Below are positions 12,931 through 22,822 of a stretch of DNA of 64,000 nucleotides, in pieces; within the stretch, counting starts at the first letter, position 1, and each line of letters opens with the position of its first letter. A program made the position numbers and the translations under genes. The notes beneath the pieces are model-generated. The model was not told the origin of the DNA. It saw nothing but the letters and a program-made list of their open reading frames with translations, and ran no database searches. Location: the NCBI GenBank assembly GCA_951406725.2, contig OX597815.1:56482001-56546000 (forward strand), in the 5' to 3' direction. The DNA comes from Octopus vulgaris. Lineage: Eukaryota.

Positions 12931-13612
12931 TTTTATTGATCTCCAATAGGAATGTCTATCAAAATTGGAATTCTTACTACCTATAGGTTGGAACTGTTCC
13001 TGTTTGCATTTTTGAGTGTTGGGGACAATGTTCATGATTCTCACTTGGAAATTGGTGATGTCAGTTGGTCCTATCTCCTCATCTGACTATTACCTGGGAG
13101 CTAGCTCCCAATTCATGGTTCATCTGCCTTCATCCCAGGGTTGAAGCTGTTGGCCACTGATAGGTTGTCAATAATATGGCTAAGGAAGCCTATCTAGCCT
13201 AATTTTAAAATCAGTGTTCCTCCTCCTAGACAGACTGCTGACCAAGGCTCATGAATTCTGTCTACATATTTTGGATGGTCATTGACTCTCCTGAATTCCT
13301 CTGCTCTTTGCTGGGTTTGCTTTTTCATCCCACAGGGTGTCCATTATTTCACCCACCTCACCAAGAAAGCTTAATGAGATTGCCAATTTAGTCACTGATA
13401 ACCTAACCATGTAGTGATTGCGCTGTCACATGTTAATTATTATTGCTTATTATTTACTTCTTTATTATTATCATCTTCACTATTTCTACTACTATTCCTA
13501 CTACCCTGTTTACCCATTATTATCATTGCCATTGTTATTAGCACCATCATCATTTCTATTATTTGTTGGTGGTATCTCTGTTGCAATATGTGTTGTCACT
13601 GAGTTGTTGCTG
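12930..13612 (-). repeat. Copy A of ~680-bp direct repeat (RLE leader + degenerate TTA/TCA tract)
   Basis: Aligns with 15645-16326 (offset ~2715); central part near-identical. Confidence 0.9.
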
Positions 13613-15645
13613 GTAGCAAAAGTCCTACTGCACGGTTGTTTGCACTTCATTCAGTATTCAAAGCCAAATTCATTTCTGTATTGATCTCAGGATTTTGCAG
13701 TCTCTGACCCTGCCTTTCTCTGTAGTTTGTGCTCATACTATGTCTTGCCTCCCTCTATACCCCACTTTTTGTATAGTTTCCAATGTAGCACTTTCACTAC
13801 CTTGTGTCACCACACCTTGTAATAGTTTTGGGCAAGTCTAGGGCATATGTTCATGATATGAACAATAATAGTTTTGTCTAATCTATTACAGATGTGGCAC
13901 AGTGGAAACACTTGCTCATTGCTTAGGTTGATCCTCCAGTTTGTGGTCAAAACTTAGTCTTGTGCTACCAGTACGGTGTTAGTCTCATTTCTCAGTAATC
14001 CTTTCTTCAGCCCAGTTGTTTTCCAGTAACTTCATTTGTAGTTATATGGAATTGATTGTGTAGTGCCTTGTATAATGCTTCTTTGTGTCCTTTTTGTACT
14101 TCTTGTTTTGTTCCCCCCCCCCCTTCTCTGCTTTCAATATGCCCTCATTCCTAACTGACACTAGCAAGGTTTCCTTATTTTGAGATAGGTATTTCAGTAA
14201 GCTCCTTCCACACTTCCACACGTAGTCTTCCACACTTATCAGTCTCCTTCTTCCATTTGCTCTCTATGTATAAGTGATCAGTGTTTGCACATGAATGATG
14301 GGCTCCATGCATTGTTAGGAGCTTTCTTGTCTTCCTGTCCAACTCTTTTAGCTTATCCCTTTTTGGGATCTTTAGCTCATAAAAATGTCTTTTCCTTGTC
14401 ATCAGCTGGGTACTGAGCCTTCCTCAAGCACTCGTCCAGCTGTTGCACTATTCTTTCATGGAGCCCTTTCAGCTTCTTCATTCAAATAACCTTGGACATC
14501 ATCTGGTCTTGGACTTTTCCAATTTGGGATTTTCCTTAACTGTTTTTTTAATAATTTCTGTAGTTATTTTTATATTGTCTTGGCCTTGTATATTTCTTGA
14601 CCTTTCTCAGATTTCATGTAGCCAGTCCACTTTATCATTATGCTTTACAGGTTGATCCCAAATTCCCCCCAGAATGCCCTGCTTTTGTCTGCATCTGATA
14701 GATAGTTCCTGCAGCAGTTTTTTTTTGATTGGCTTCAAACAATATTTTCTGCCTGAATTGTTTTGTTTTACTGTTGTATCTTGCCAGTTTTGCCTTGATT
14801 GTTACTACTCTTTGTTTCAGTTCGTCCAATACCACATCATACCCTTTATTTCTTATTTTATATTATTTCCAGTTTCTTATGCTTTCGTTTTGCAATTCTT
14901 CTCTTTTCAATCTATCAACTTCTAAATGTCTTTTTAACTTAGTTTATGTCTTGCAAATTCATCTACATCTGTATGGTTCTTTAAGTTTGTTTGTTCTCTT
15001 CTTTTGTATCCAACTCTTTTTGCAGCAATCATGGCTGCAGCCCTAATAATCTTGTTGGTTTCAATTATATTTCTCGTCTGGAAAAGTCCAAGGATAGAAT
15101 CTATTTCTTCAGTTCCAAATTGGGGATGTGTTTGATCCTTGTCTTCTGAAATATATCAGTACGTCATCCTCAATATGTCCTGTTGATCATCATTGCATTC
15201 TTATGATATAGCTCTTGCCATTACTTCTATTTAATTTGCTAAAAGTGCATTTACATTCATACTTTGCCCTACATCTTCACTGTTCATTTCTCTGATTTTG
15301 CTAGGCATGTTATCTACTGGTGAAGTATTATAGTTTTCTCTTTTCCTTTTTATTTCTTCAATTTCCGTCTGTTAGCCACCCATTTGTTCTTATTGCTCTT
15401 TCATGGCTCACTTATACTTATCTTGAAGAATCCTATTTCATTCCATTTTGATTTTATGTGTTGTTGGAACCCCCTTCTATTAGGTTCATTTCTGATTCAG
15501 CATTCAATTACAGTTCAGTTTGTCTCCTTATCCCACCTTTTTCTCTGCCTCTGACTTTGTGTCTAAGCAGTCCCTGGATGATGACCAAGTGAAAGGCTTT
15601 CACTGTTGGTTCCAGCCTTATTCACACCATTATTCAATATTCTTT
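13613..15645 (-). mobile_element. R4/Dong-like RLE non-LTR retrotransposon, internally deleted and decayed
   Basis: N-terminal RKRWDKE..VIEC..EPNRRG; ELKQRVVTIKAKLARY; LDRKTRKLLTMHGAHH; LKKGLLRNET..AQD; CPRLAQNYYK..VLHWKL; C-terminal TAKILR. Confidence 0.85.
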
Positions 15646-16326
15646 GTATTGGTCATCTCTAGTAGGAAGGTCAACCAAGACTGTGGAATTCTTACTACCC
15701 ATAAGTTGAAACTGTTCCTGTTTGCATTTTTGAGCATCGGGGACCATGATTCTCACTAGGAGATTGGTGGTGTCAGTTGGTCCTGTCTTCTCATCCAACC
15801 ATTACCTGGGATCTAGCTCCCAATTCATGGTTCATCTGCCTTCATCCCAGGGTTGAAGCTGTTGGCCACTGATAGGTTGTCAATAATATGGCTAAGGAAG
15901 CCTATCTAGCCTAATTTTAAAATCAGTGTTCCTCCTCCTAGACAGATTGCTGACCAAGGCTCATGAATTCTGTCTACATATTTTGGATGGTCATTGACTC
16001 TCCTGAATTCCTCTGCCCTTTGCTGGGGTTGCTTTTTCATCTCACAGAGTGTCCACATTTTACCCACCTCACCAAGAAAGCTTAATGGGATTGCCAATTT
16101 AGTCACTGACAATCTGACCATGTAGTGATTGTGCTGTCACATGTTAATTATTATTGCTTATTATTTACTTCTTTATTATTATCATCTTCACTATTTCTAC
16201 TACTATTCCTACCACCATGTTTACTTATTATTCTCATTGTCATTATTGTTAGCACAATCATCATTTCTATTATTTGTTGGTGGTGGTATCTCTGGTGCAA
16301 TATGTGTTGTTACTGAGTTGTTGCTG
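15645..16326 (-). repeat. Copy B of ~680-bp direct repeat
   Basis: Aligns with 12930-13612. Confidence 0.9.
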
Positions 16327-17021
16327 TCTTAGTTGTTATCATTTTTATTGTTTAGGTTATTTTCTAATCTTTGATAAGTTAAATGTCACTACCACTGTCA
16401 TTGCAGATATTGCTACTTTTCTGTAGTGGCCACTAGTCCTGTTTTGTTCCTGTCATGACTGCCTTCTATAGTTATGATAGCTGTATTGCTGACATCATCA
16501 TTGCTATTTTTGAAGCTGTCAATTCTGATATTGTCTTTATTTTCTTGAGCAAATGATGGCTGGCAAATTTCAGCCTGTTGGTTTAACTACTACTATTGCT
16601 GTTACCTTATGTAGGGGATGGGAGTGCTGAGTCTAATATGGGTTGATTGAATGGGTGCTTGATAGGTCTGGTGGTGGATCAGGGGCAGTTGGGAGGAAAT
16701 TCAGACAGGAGCAGGGACAGGTGGAACAGAACATAGCTAAAATATAGAAATCTGTTTATATACATATATTCATACCAATACACATATATAGGTAACTATT
16801 CTATAAGCATCTCAAAGTTTTGAATAACATTCAGGGCTATCTTAAAGCTTGGAATAACAGAAACATGCATACAAATTCATCAATAGCAGTCGTGTATGCT
16901 TATAGGAGCAAGGTAGATAGAGAGATAGAGATGGTGAAACATCCAGTATGCCAACATGGAGATACATTGATAGCTAAAATATAGAAACCTATATATATAT
17001 TCATTCCAGTATACATATATA

Positions 17022-17380
17022 CTCTTTTACTTGTTTCAGCCATTTGACTGTGGCCATGCTGGAGCACCGCCTTTAGTCGAGCAAATCGACCCCAGGACTT
17101 ATTCTTTGTAAGTCCAGTACTTATTATTCTATGATAGGCGAACCGCTAAGTTACGGGGACGTAAACATATCAGCATCAGTTGTCAAGCGATGTTGGGGAC
17201 ACAAACACAGACACACAAACATATACTCACACATATACATATATATGACAGGCTTCTTTCAGTTTCCATCTACCAAATCCACTCACAAGGCTTTGGTCGG
17301 CCCGAGGCTATAGTAGAAGACACTGAACCCAGAACCATGTGGTTTATAAGCAAGCTACTTACCACACAGCCACTCCTACG
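17022..17380 (-). mobile_element. tRNA/CORE-type SINE (internal deletion in head)
   Basis: Same head and tail as the other copies: ggagtggctgtgtggtaagtagcttgctt..ggcggtgctccagcatggccacagtcaaatggctgaaacaagtaaaagag. Confidence 0.9.
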
Positions 17381-17396
17381 CTATTCTATTATTATC

Positions 17397-17426
<30 letters not shown>

Positions 17427-17433
<7 letters not shown>

Positions 17434-18395
17434 TTACATAAAGAGCACCAAATTTGAATTACGTGACACTTTTGTGTTTTAGAGGCATGCTTTTATTATA
17501 TTTACTATCTTTCTTCACTTCGATTAATAGTTTTTCTTGTTTGATTTTCAGAATAGTGTATACTGTGTCATGGAGCAGTTTACAACTGAGCAATGCATTC
17601 TCATCGTGAAGATATTTTAACAAAACGGAGAAAGTACGATGCGAAGACCTTGAACACTTCATATCATTTTGGTGAGAAATGAAGTACCCAATGAGTCTAT
17701 GGTTTGCAGACTAATGATGAAGTTTAAAACAGCTGGTTCAGTTGCAATGACCAAATCGCCTGGGCAGATAGAGCAACAAATTGCTGTTGTGTGAGACAGT
17801 GTCACTCTGAGTCTGGGAAAATCAGTTCGCTGATGTTCGCAGCTGTTGAGCATCCCGACCACTACATTACATCAAATTTTGCATAAAGATCTCCATATGC
17901 ATGCATACAAAATTCAACTTACACCGCTTCTTCAGCCACCTGACCATGGAAAGCGGAGGAAATTTACTGACTGGGTTGTGGAGAGACTTGCAGCTGACGA
18001 AAATTTGGCAAAGAAAATCATTTGTCAATAAACAGAACTGCCAGATTTGAGGAAATGAAAATCCTCAAATAATGCAAGAGTGTGAAATGCATCCACTGAA
18101 AGCGAATGTGTGGTGTGGTTTCTGGGCAGGTGGAGTACTTGGACCATTCTTCTTTGAAAATGATGAGGGGAATGCAGTTACCAATAATGGAGAATGTTAT
18201 CGAGACAGCATATCCACTCAGTTATGGCCGAACTTGGAAGATACGGAGATTGACAACCTCTGGTTTCAGCAGGGTGGAAGCGACCTGCCACACTTCATGC
18301 CAGACACTTGCATTGCTCCACGAAAAATTTCCACAACAAGTGATATCCTTGCATAGTGACCAGCAATGGCCACCAACATCATGTGATTGATAAAA
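17427..18395 (+). mobile_element. Tc1/mariner transposase remnant (rosa/DD41D-like)
   Basis: MEQFTTEQ..IVKIF, HAYKIQLT, NKQNCQI, HPLKANVWCGFWAGGVLGPFFFE, WFQQG, ATCHT, WPPTSCD; starts next to a (TA)n run. Confidence 0.85.
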
Positions 18396-18597
18396 TTGAA
18401 CCATGCAAGATCTCCCCAGGGACCCTGTGAGGAATACATAGTTCCAATGCAAAAGCAGACCTTTAACTCTAGTCTACTAAATTTTCTTTGTGAATTTGAA
18501 GTATTTTCAAAAAAAGACAGAAAAATCTAGCAAAATATATTTCAAATATAAGAAATGCTGACATATTGACTGCTGCTTGATGCTTGATTGTATTCCC

Positions 18598-18874
18598 ACA
18601 GGTTACTAGGTGTGGTACGTGGTTGAGAAAGACACCAACTGCTCTGCCTGCAACACCAACTGCTCTGCCTGCAACACCAAGGCTGAGCTGGTGGCTAGGA
18701 TCAAGCTGGTGTTTGAAGATCTCCCCAGGGACCCTGTGAGGAACACATATGCAAGGTTTCAGAGCTTTCTTGAGGCTGTGACTAGTTTGAGTAAACTATT
18801 ATCTCCCAACCATATAATATAGTTGATTTACTTTCTCTTTTATGTAAACTGTCAGATTCAGCCCAAACACCCTG
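18598..18874 (+). mobile_element. Tc1/mariner (maT/DD37D-like) 3' fragment with right TIR
   Basis: VWYVVEKDTN..NTKAELVARIK..RFQSFLEAV; ends aaacaccctg followed by TA; 21-bp internal tandem duplication. Confidence 0.65.
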
Positions 18875-18963
18875 TATGAAATACTGTACTTTTGAAATAT
18901 TTCCAACAACCCTTTTCCTGAAAGACATGAACATTTTCTCTTGTTTTTTTTTTCTTTTTCCAG

Positions 18964-19145
18964 ATACATTTACTACAGATACTTTCAGAACCATGTCATT
19001 GAGTGTTTCAGATAATCCTTTAGACTTCTGGGAAGAACTGATGATTGACAAAGTTTTCACAAACTGTGATGAAGACAGCAGTGGCAAAGTGTCCATTAAC
19101 AAATTGATAAATTATCTTAAACAATTAACAAGTAATAATTCTGTT
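18964..19145 (+). CDS. Candidate host exon encoding an N-terminal EF-hand (KASH5/CCDC155-LRMP/IRAG-like); ATG at 18993
   Basis: Long polypyrimidine tract + cag acceptor (18961-18963); donor gtgagt at 19146 (phase 0); peptide MSLSVSDNPLDFWEELMIDKVFTNCDEDSSGKVSINKLINYLKQLTSNNSV with a DEDSSGKVS EF-loop, resembling KASH5 EEQILNSTFEACD..TGTV..LAYL as recalled. Confidence 0.75.
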
Positions 19146-20027
19146 GTGAGTAAAATGCTTTTTCTTCAACTTTTGTATACAAATTAACATTTAACTGGTG
19201 TTAGTCTGTTGAGTGTAAAAATATAATTTTATAGGACAAATTGGCTTTCTTCAAGTCTCTCTATCACAAACAAAGGCCACTTGCACAAATCATACAACTT
19301 CTGACCACTATGTCTTGTCTTTACTAGCACCAATCAGGTTACTTGAATAGTAACTCCATTTCAAATGAACTTTAGGTACTGTCTTTTCTATTTGTATCCA
19401 AACTGTATATACTATATATTAAGCTTTTAGGAACTTTTGTTCCTAACAAAGAAAGCTGAAATGTAGAAGACTGACATTCGCCAAATACAAAATAAAAAGA
19501 GGATAAGAATTTAATTTTGATACTGCATGCAAATTACAGTATTTGTATAGAAAGAGATAAAGGCAGTTTCTGTGCGTTCGTATTCATATACAAGAGGTTA
19601 TCATGTTTGACCGTTACATCACTTGGAATAGCAGTAGGAAAAAATACGCCTATCATTTTGGTTGCACAGTTCAAAAGCTATAGATTTAATTCTCCCATGA
19701 TGCAACCCCACAACGTGCGCCATCCAGTGGCCAATGGATGAGACAACTGGTTTCGAGGAAGGTAACTGTCTGCAAGTTCTTTTTTAAAAATGGTATACTT
19801 TAAGAGGAGCACATTCTAGAGTCATGATATTATGCAGTTGTCTCAAAGAAATGTTAATTCTAGAGTGTTTCACTTCTTCAGAAGTATTATCGTATGGATT
19901 CTAGTAGGTGAGATATTTGAAATTGATACACAGAGGGGAGAGGGTGTTCATTGAATGGGTTTGGTTTAGAGGATACACAGTTGGTAAATATGAGGTTATT
20001 GGGTGCATGCTGTACATTTTTATTAAG

Positions 20028-20468
20028 ATATATTAGTGACAAAATCAGTATTAATACTGAAAGGTAATATTTATCCCTACTTAAATGTAGATGTTCTGTT
20101 AGAACAAACTATACTGCAATAAATACCATGATAGAAACTTTCATATTGGCTTTTGGTACAAAATACACTCTTATTTATGTCTCTGGCAGGGAAATAAATC
20201 CCACCACCTCCAGTACCAAGACCACCAGATCATGTGATTTTGACCTTGGTCTTGCCTTTGATGGATGTTCAACCACTAGAGACATCAGGGACTCACTTCC
20301 CTACCAGTGATATATTAAAAAAACAGTGCTAGAACATGTGCTGGGTCATGATTAGCCAGTGGGCTTGTTAAAAAATATATATTAGTGACAGAGGAGATAT
20401 CAATATTGAAAGGTAATATTTATCCCCACTTAAATGTGGGTGCTCCGAACAAACTGTACTGTGGTAGA
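20028..20468 (+). repeat. Two diverged ~95-bp direct repeats
   Basis: tatattagtgaca..gaaaggtaatatttatccc.acttaaatgt..gaacaaact at ~20028 and ~20378. Confidence 0.6.
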
Positions 20469-20639
20469 TTTATCTACCCAATAGCGATATAAACAAGAGT
20501 GCATTTTGCTCTAAAGGTCAACATGAGAGTTCCTCTCAAAGCATCTACTGCAGTGTAGGGAGCAGCATTTTTTTCTCTTTTCTTGTACCATTCTTCCTGT
20601 CTCAGCATAATCTTCCTTCCCTGCTACCTTTTACAAGGA

Positions 20640-21800
20640 TTCTACCTGGGTCAAAAAGAGTGAGGATTCTCTTTTTGATGTACCGATGGGGGCATATGAT
20701 GGGGCGAAGTTATGAGTGCTTATAGGAGCTTATATTTTGTATAATGTGCATCTAGAATTCCCTTTTATAGATGCAGGATTATAGAGAGATGATGGTCTTT
20801 TAGTCACCCATAATTCAAACAGCCATAAAGTTAGATAAAATTAAGAAGAATCTGATCACTTTCTTATGTTGAAAGTAACCCTAAAAGCATAAATCTTTTA
20901 GTTATCAACTTAAATTTACAATTAGATAAATTTAAACCCTATCGTAAGCCCAATGAAAAGCTATGTTATATTAGCAATAATCTAATCATCCACCTGCAAT
21001 ACTTAAGAACCTAGTTAGTAATGTAGGAAGGCATATATCATAAATTTCTTCAGATGAGACAGCATTTCAAAATGTTGTGCTGTATTACAACAATGCATTA
21101 AGGAAAAGTGGATTCTCAGAGAAGATCCAGTTTAGTGAAGTTAATTCTAGCAATAAATAGGCCACGTAGAACTAGGAAAATTTTGTGGTTTAACCCTGCA
21201 TTTAATATGGCCGTAAAAACTAATATAAGTATGGAATTTTTAAAATTAGCTTCTAAGCATTTTCAATCTAGCCATAAGTTCTGTAGAATATTTAATAGGA
21301 GAAAGCTATTCTTGTTGCAAAAACTTTGCTTCTTTTATTAGCCAGCATAACACAAAAATTATTATAGACAACTACAGTGCCGAATCTAATCTGAGGAAGG
21401 AAAATGTCTTGAAAAAGGTATTGTTTATAGAGCCAAAGTGCAAGTAGATGACTTGCAAGAACATAAGACATATACAGGGGCTTCAGAGAATTCATTCAAG
21501 ACTTTATTCTATTCCTATAGAAATTCTTTCCGATACCCCGAGAACAGGGCAGTGACTAGTCTTGCAAAGCATGTCTGGGAATTGAAATAGAATGACACCC
21601 GTCCTTTCAATGTAACCTGGAAAATTCTCGAAAAAGCATCAGAATACAGACCTATGAAATGTAATCTTTGCCTCTCAGAGAAGTTCTTCATCTTGTTCCA
21701 GGATAAAAACACTTTGAACCAGAGATATGAGCTCTTAAATTCCTGCATGCATGCCACAAAATTTAAAATGTCAACTGACAAAATACTATATGGGTAAAAT
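20640..21800 (+). mobile_element. Penelope-like element (Naiad-type) RT + GIY-YIG remnant
   Basis: FDVPMGAYDGA, GLxRDDGL, PYRKPN, NHPP, ILWFNP..VKTNI..FL..KHF, GKCLEKGIVYRAKV, SLAKHVWELK, CNLCLSEK. Confidence 0.85.
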
Positions 21801-22551
21801 GTTTTGACTTTCAAAATTATATTTTTTGACTGTCACATTTGAATTTGACTTTACATGGTATAGTTATTTTGCATCACAACCCTAATGTATATTGCGACTT
21901 TATTTTTAAGAAGGCCTTCGACTGTTTTATGAATTTAATTTTAAGCTTAAGCTTTGTCGAGGTTTATTTTTATTTTTACTCATGTATTTAATTAGGTTAC
22001 ATCAAATTAACGTACAATTTCCTTCTTTTACATTCTTTTACACACTGAACAGTTTAAAAAAAAAATTGTTTGCATATATATGTTATGATGTAGATACATC
22101 TATATTTATGTGTATATGTATTGTAGGTACGTATATGCATGTATGTGTGTGTACATATGCATCTGCATTGATTCAGCCCGTATCTACCAGAAATATTTCT
22201 ATGCAATTGATTGATCTTTAGTTTCCCCTGTTTTATTTCTATTTATGTTATGACTTTTTGACTTTTACTCTGTTTATTTCAGCCTTGCCTCGTGTTATAT
22301 ATTATGTATAATTCATTAGTTCTTCTCAAATATATTGTTGTCTCTCTCGTGTCCTGTGTTAAATATATATATAATCCTATAGATTGCCCCGCTAATTTTA
22401 TCGATCAGCCTCACGTCTTGTTAAATATAGAATAAATATATTTATAATTTTATAGCTCCTTATTTTATACCTACTGATATAAGTTTTCCTTTCCAGTGGC
22501 GCTCACACATGGCTGCTAGTTTTCGTGGGTGCGCCCACCCTCCCACCCCCT

Positions 22552-22700
22552 CCAGCGTTACGGGAAGTCCTAAATTTTCTCATCCTTGTTGTCTCCCATG
22601 TACACTTCAAAGTCTTACGCCGCCCCCACCGCTACAGGAAGTCCTAAATTTTCTCATCCTTGTTGTCTTCCATGTACACTTCAAAGTCTTACACCCCCCC
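22552..22700 (+). repeat. 74-bp tandem duplication in the RTE 5' region
   Basis: ggaagtcctaaattttctcatccttgttgtct.. starts at 22563 and 22637. Confidence 0.9.
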
Positions 22701-22822
22701 ACCTCCTTCCATAAAAGGTAGTGGTCATTCATTGCAAGATATGTTAGTGTAGCGTACGCGGTTTGAACTTGAGTTTTATTGTTTGTCTATGAAGCCTGCC
22801 AAAACGCGAGTTTTCTTTTCAG

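Noticed and set aside
13414-13684. Hydrophobic membrane-protein-like ORFs (also 16125-16332)
   Set aside because: Translation of a degenerate (TTA/TCA) microsatellite tract.
19735-19765. Hammerhead 3' half (gaaaccagttgtc) on the minus strand
   Set aside because: No CUGANGA core at a suitable distance.
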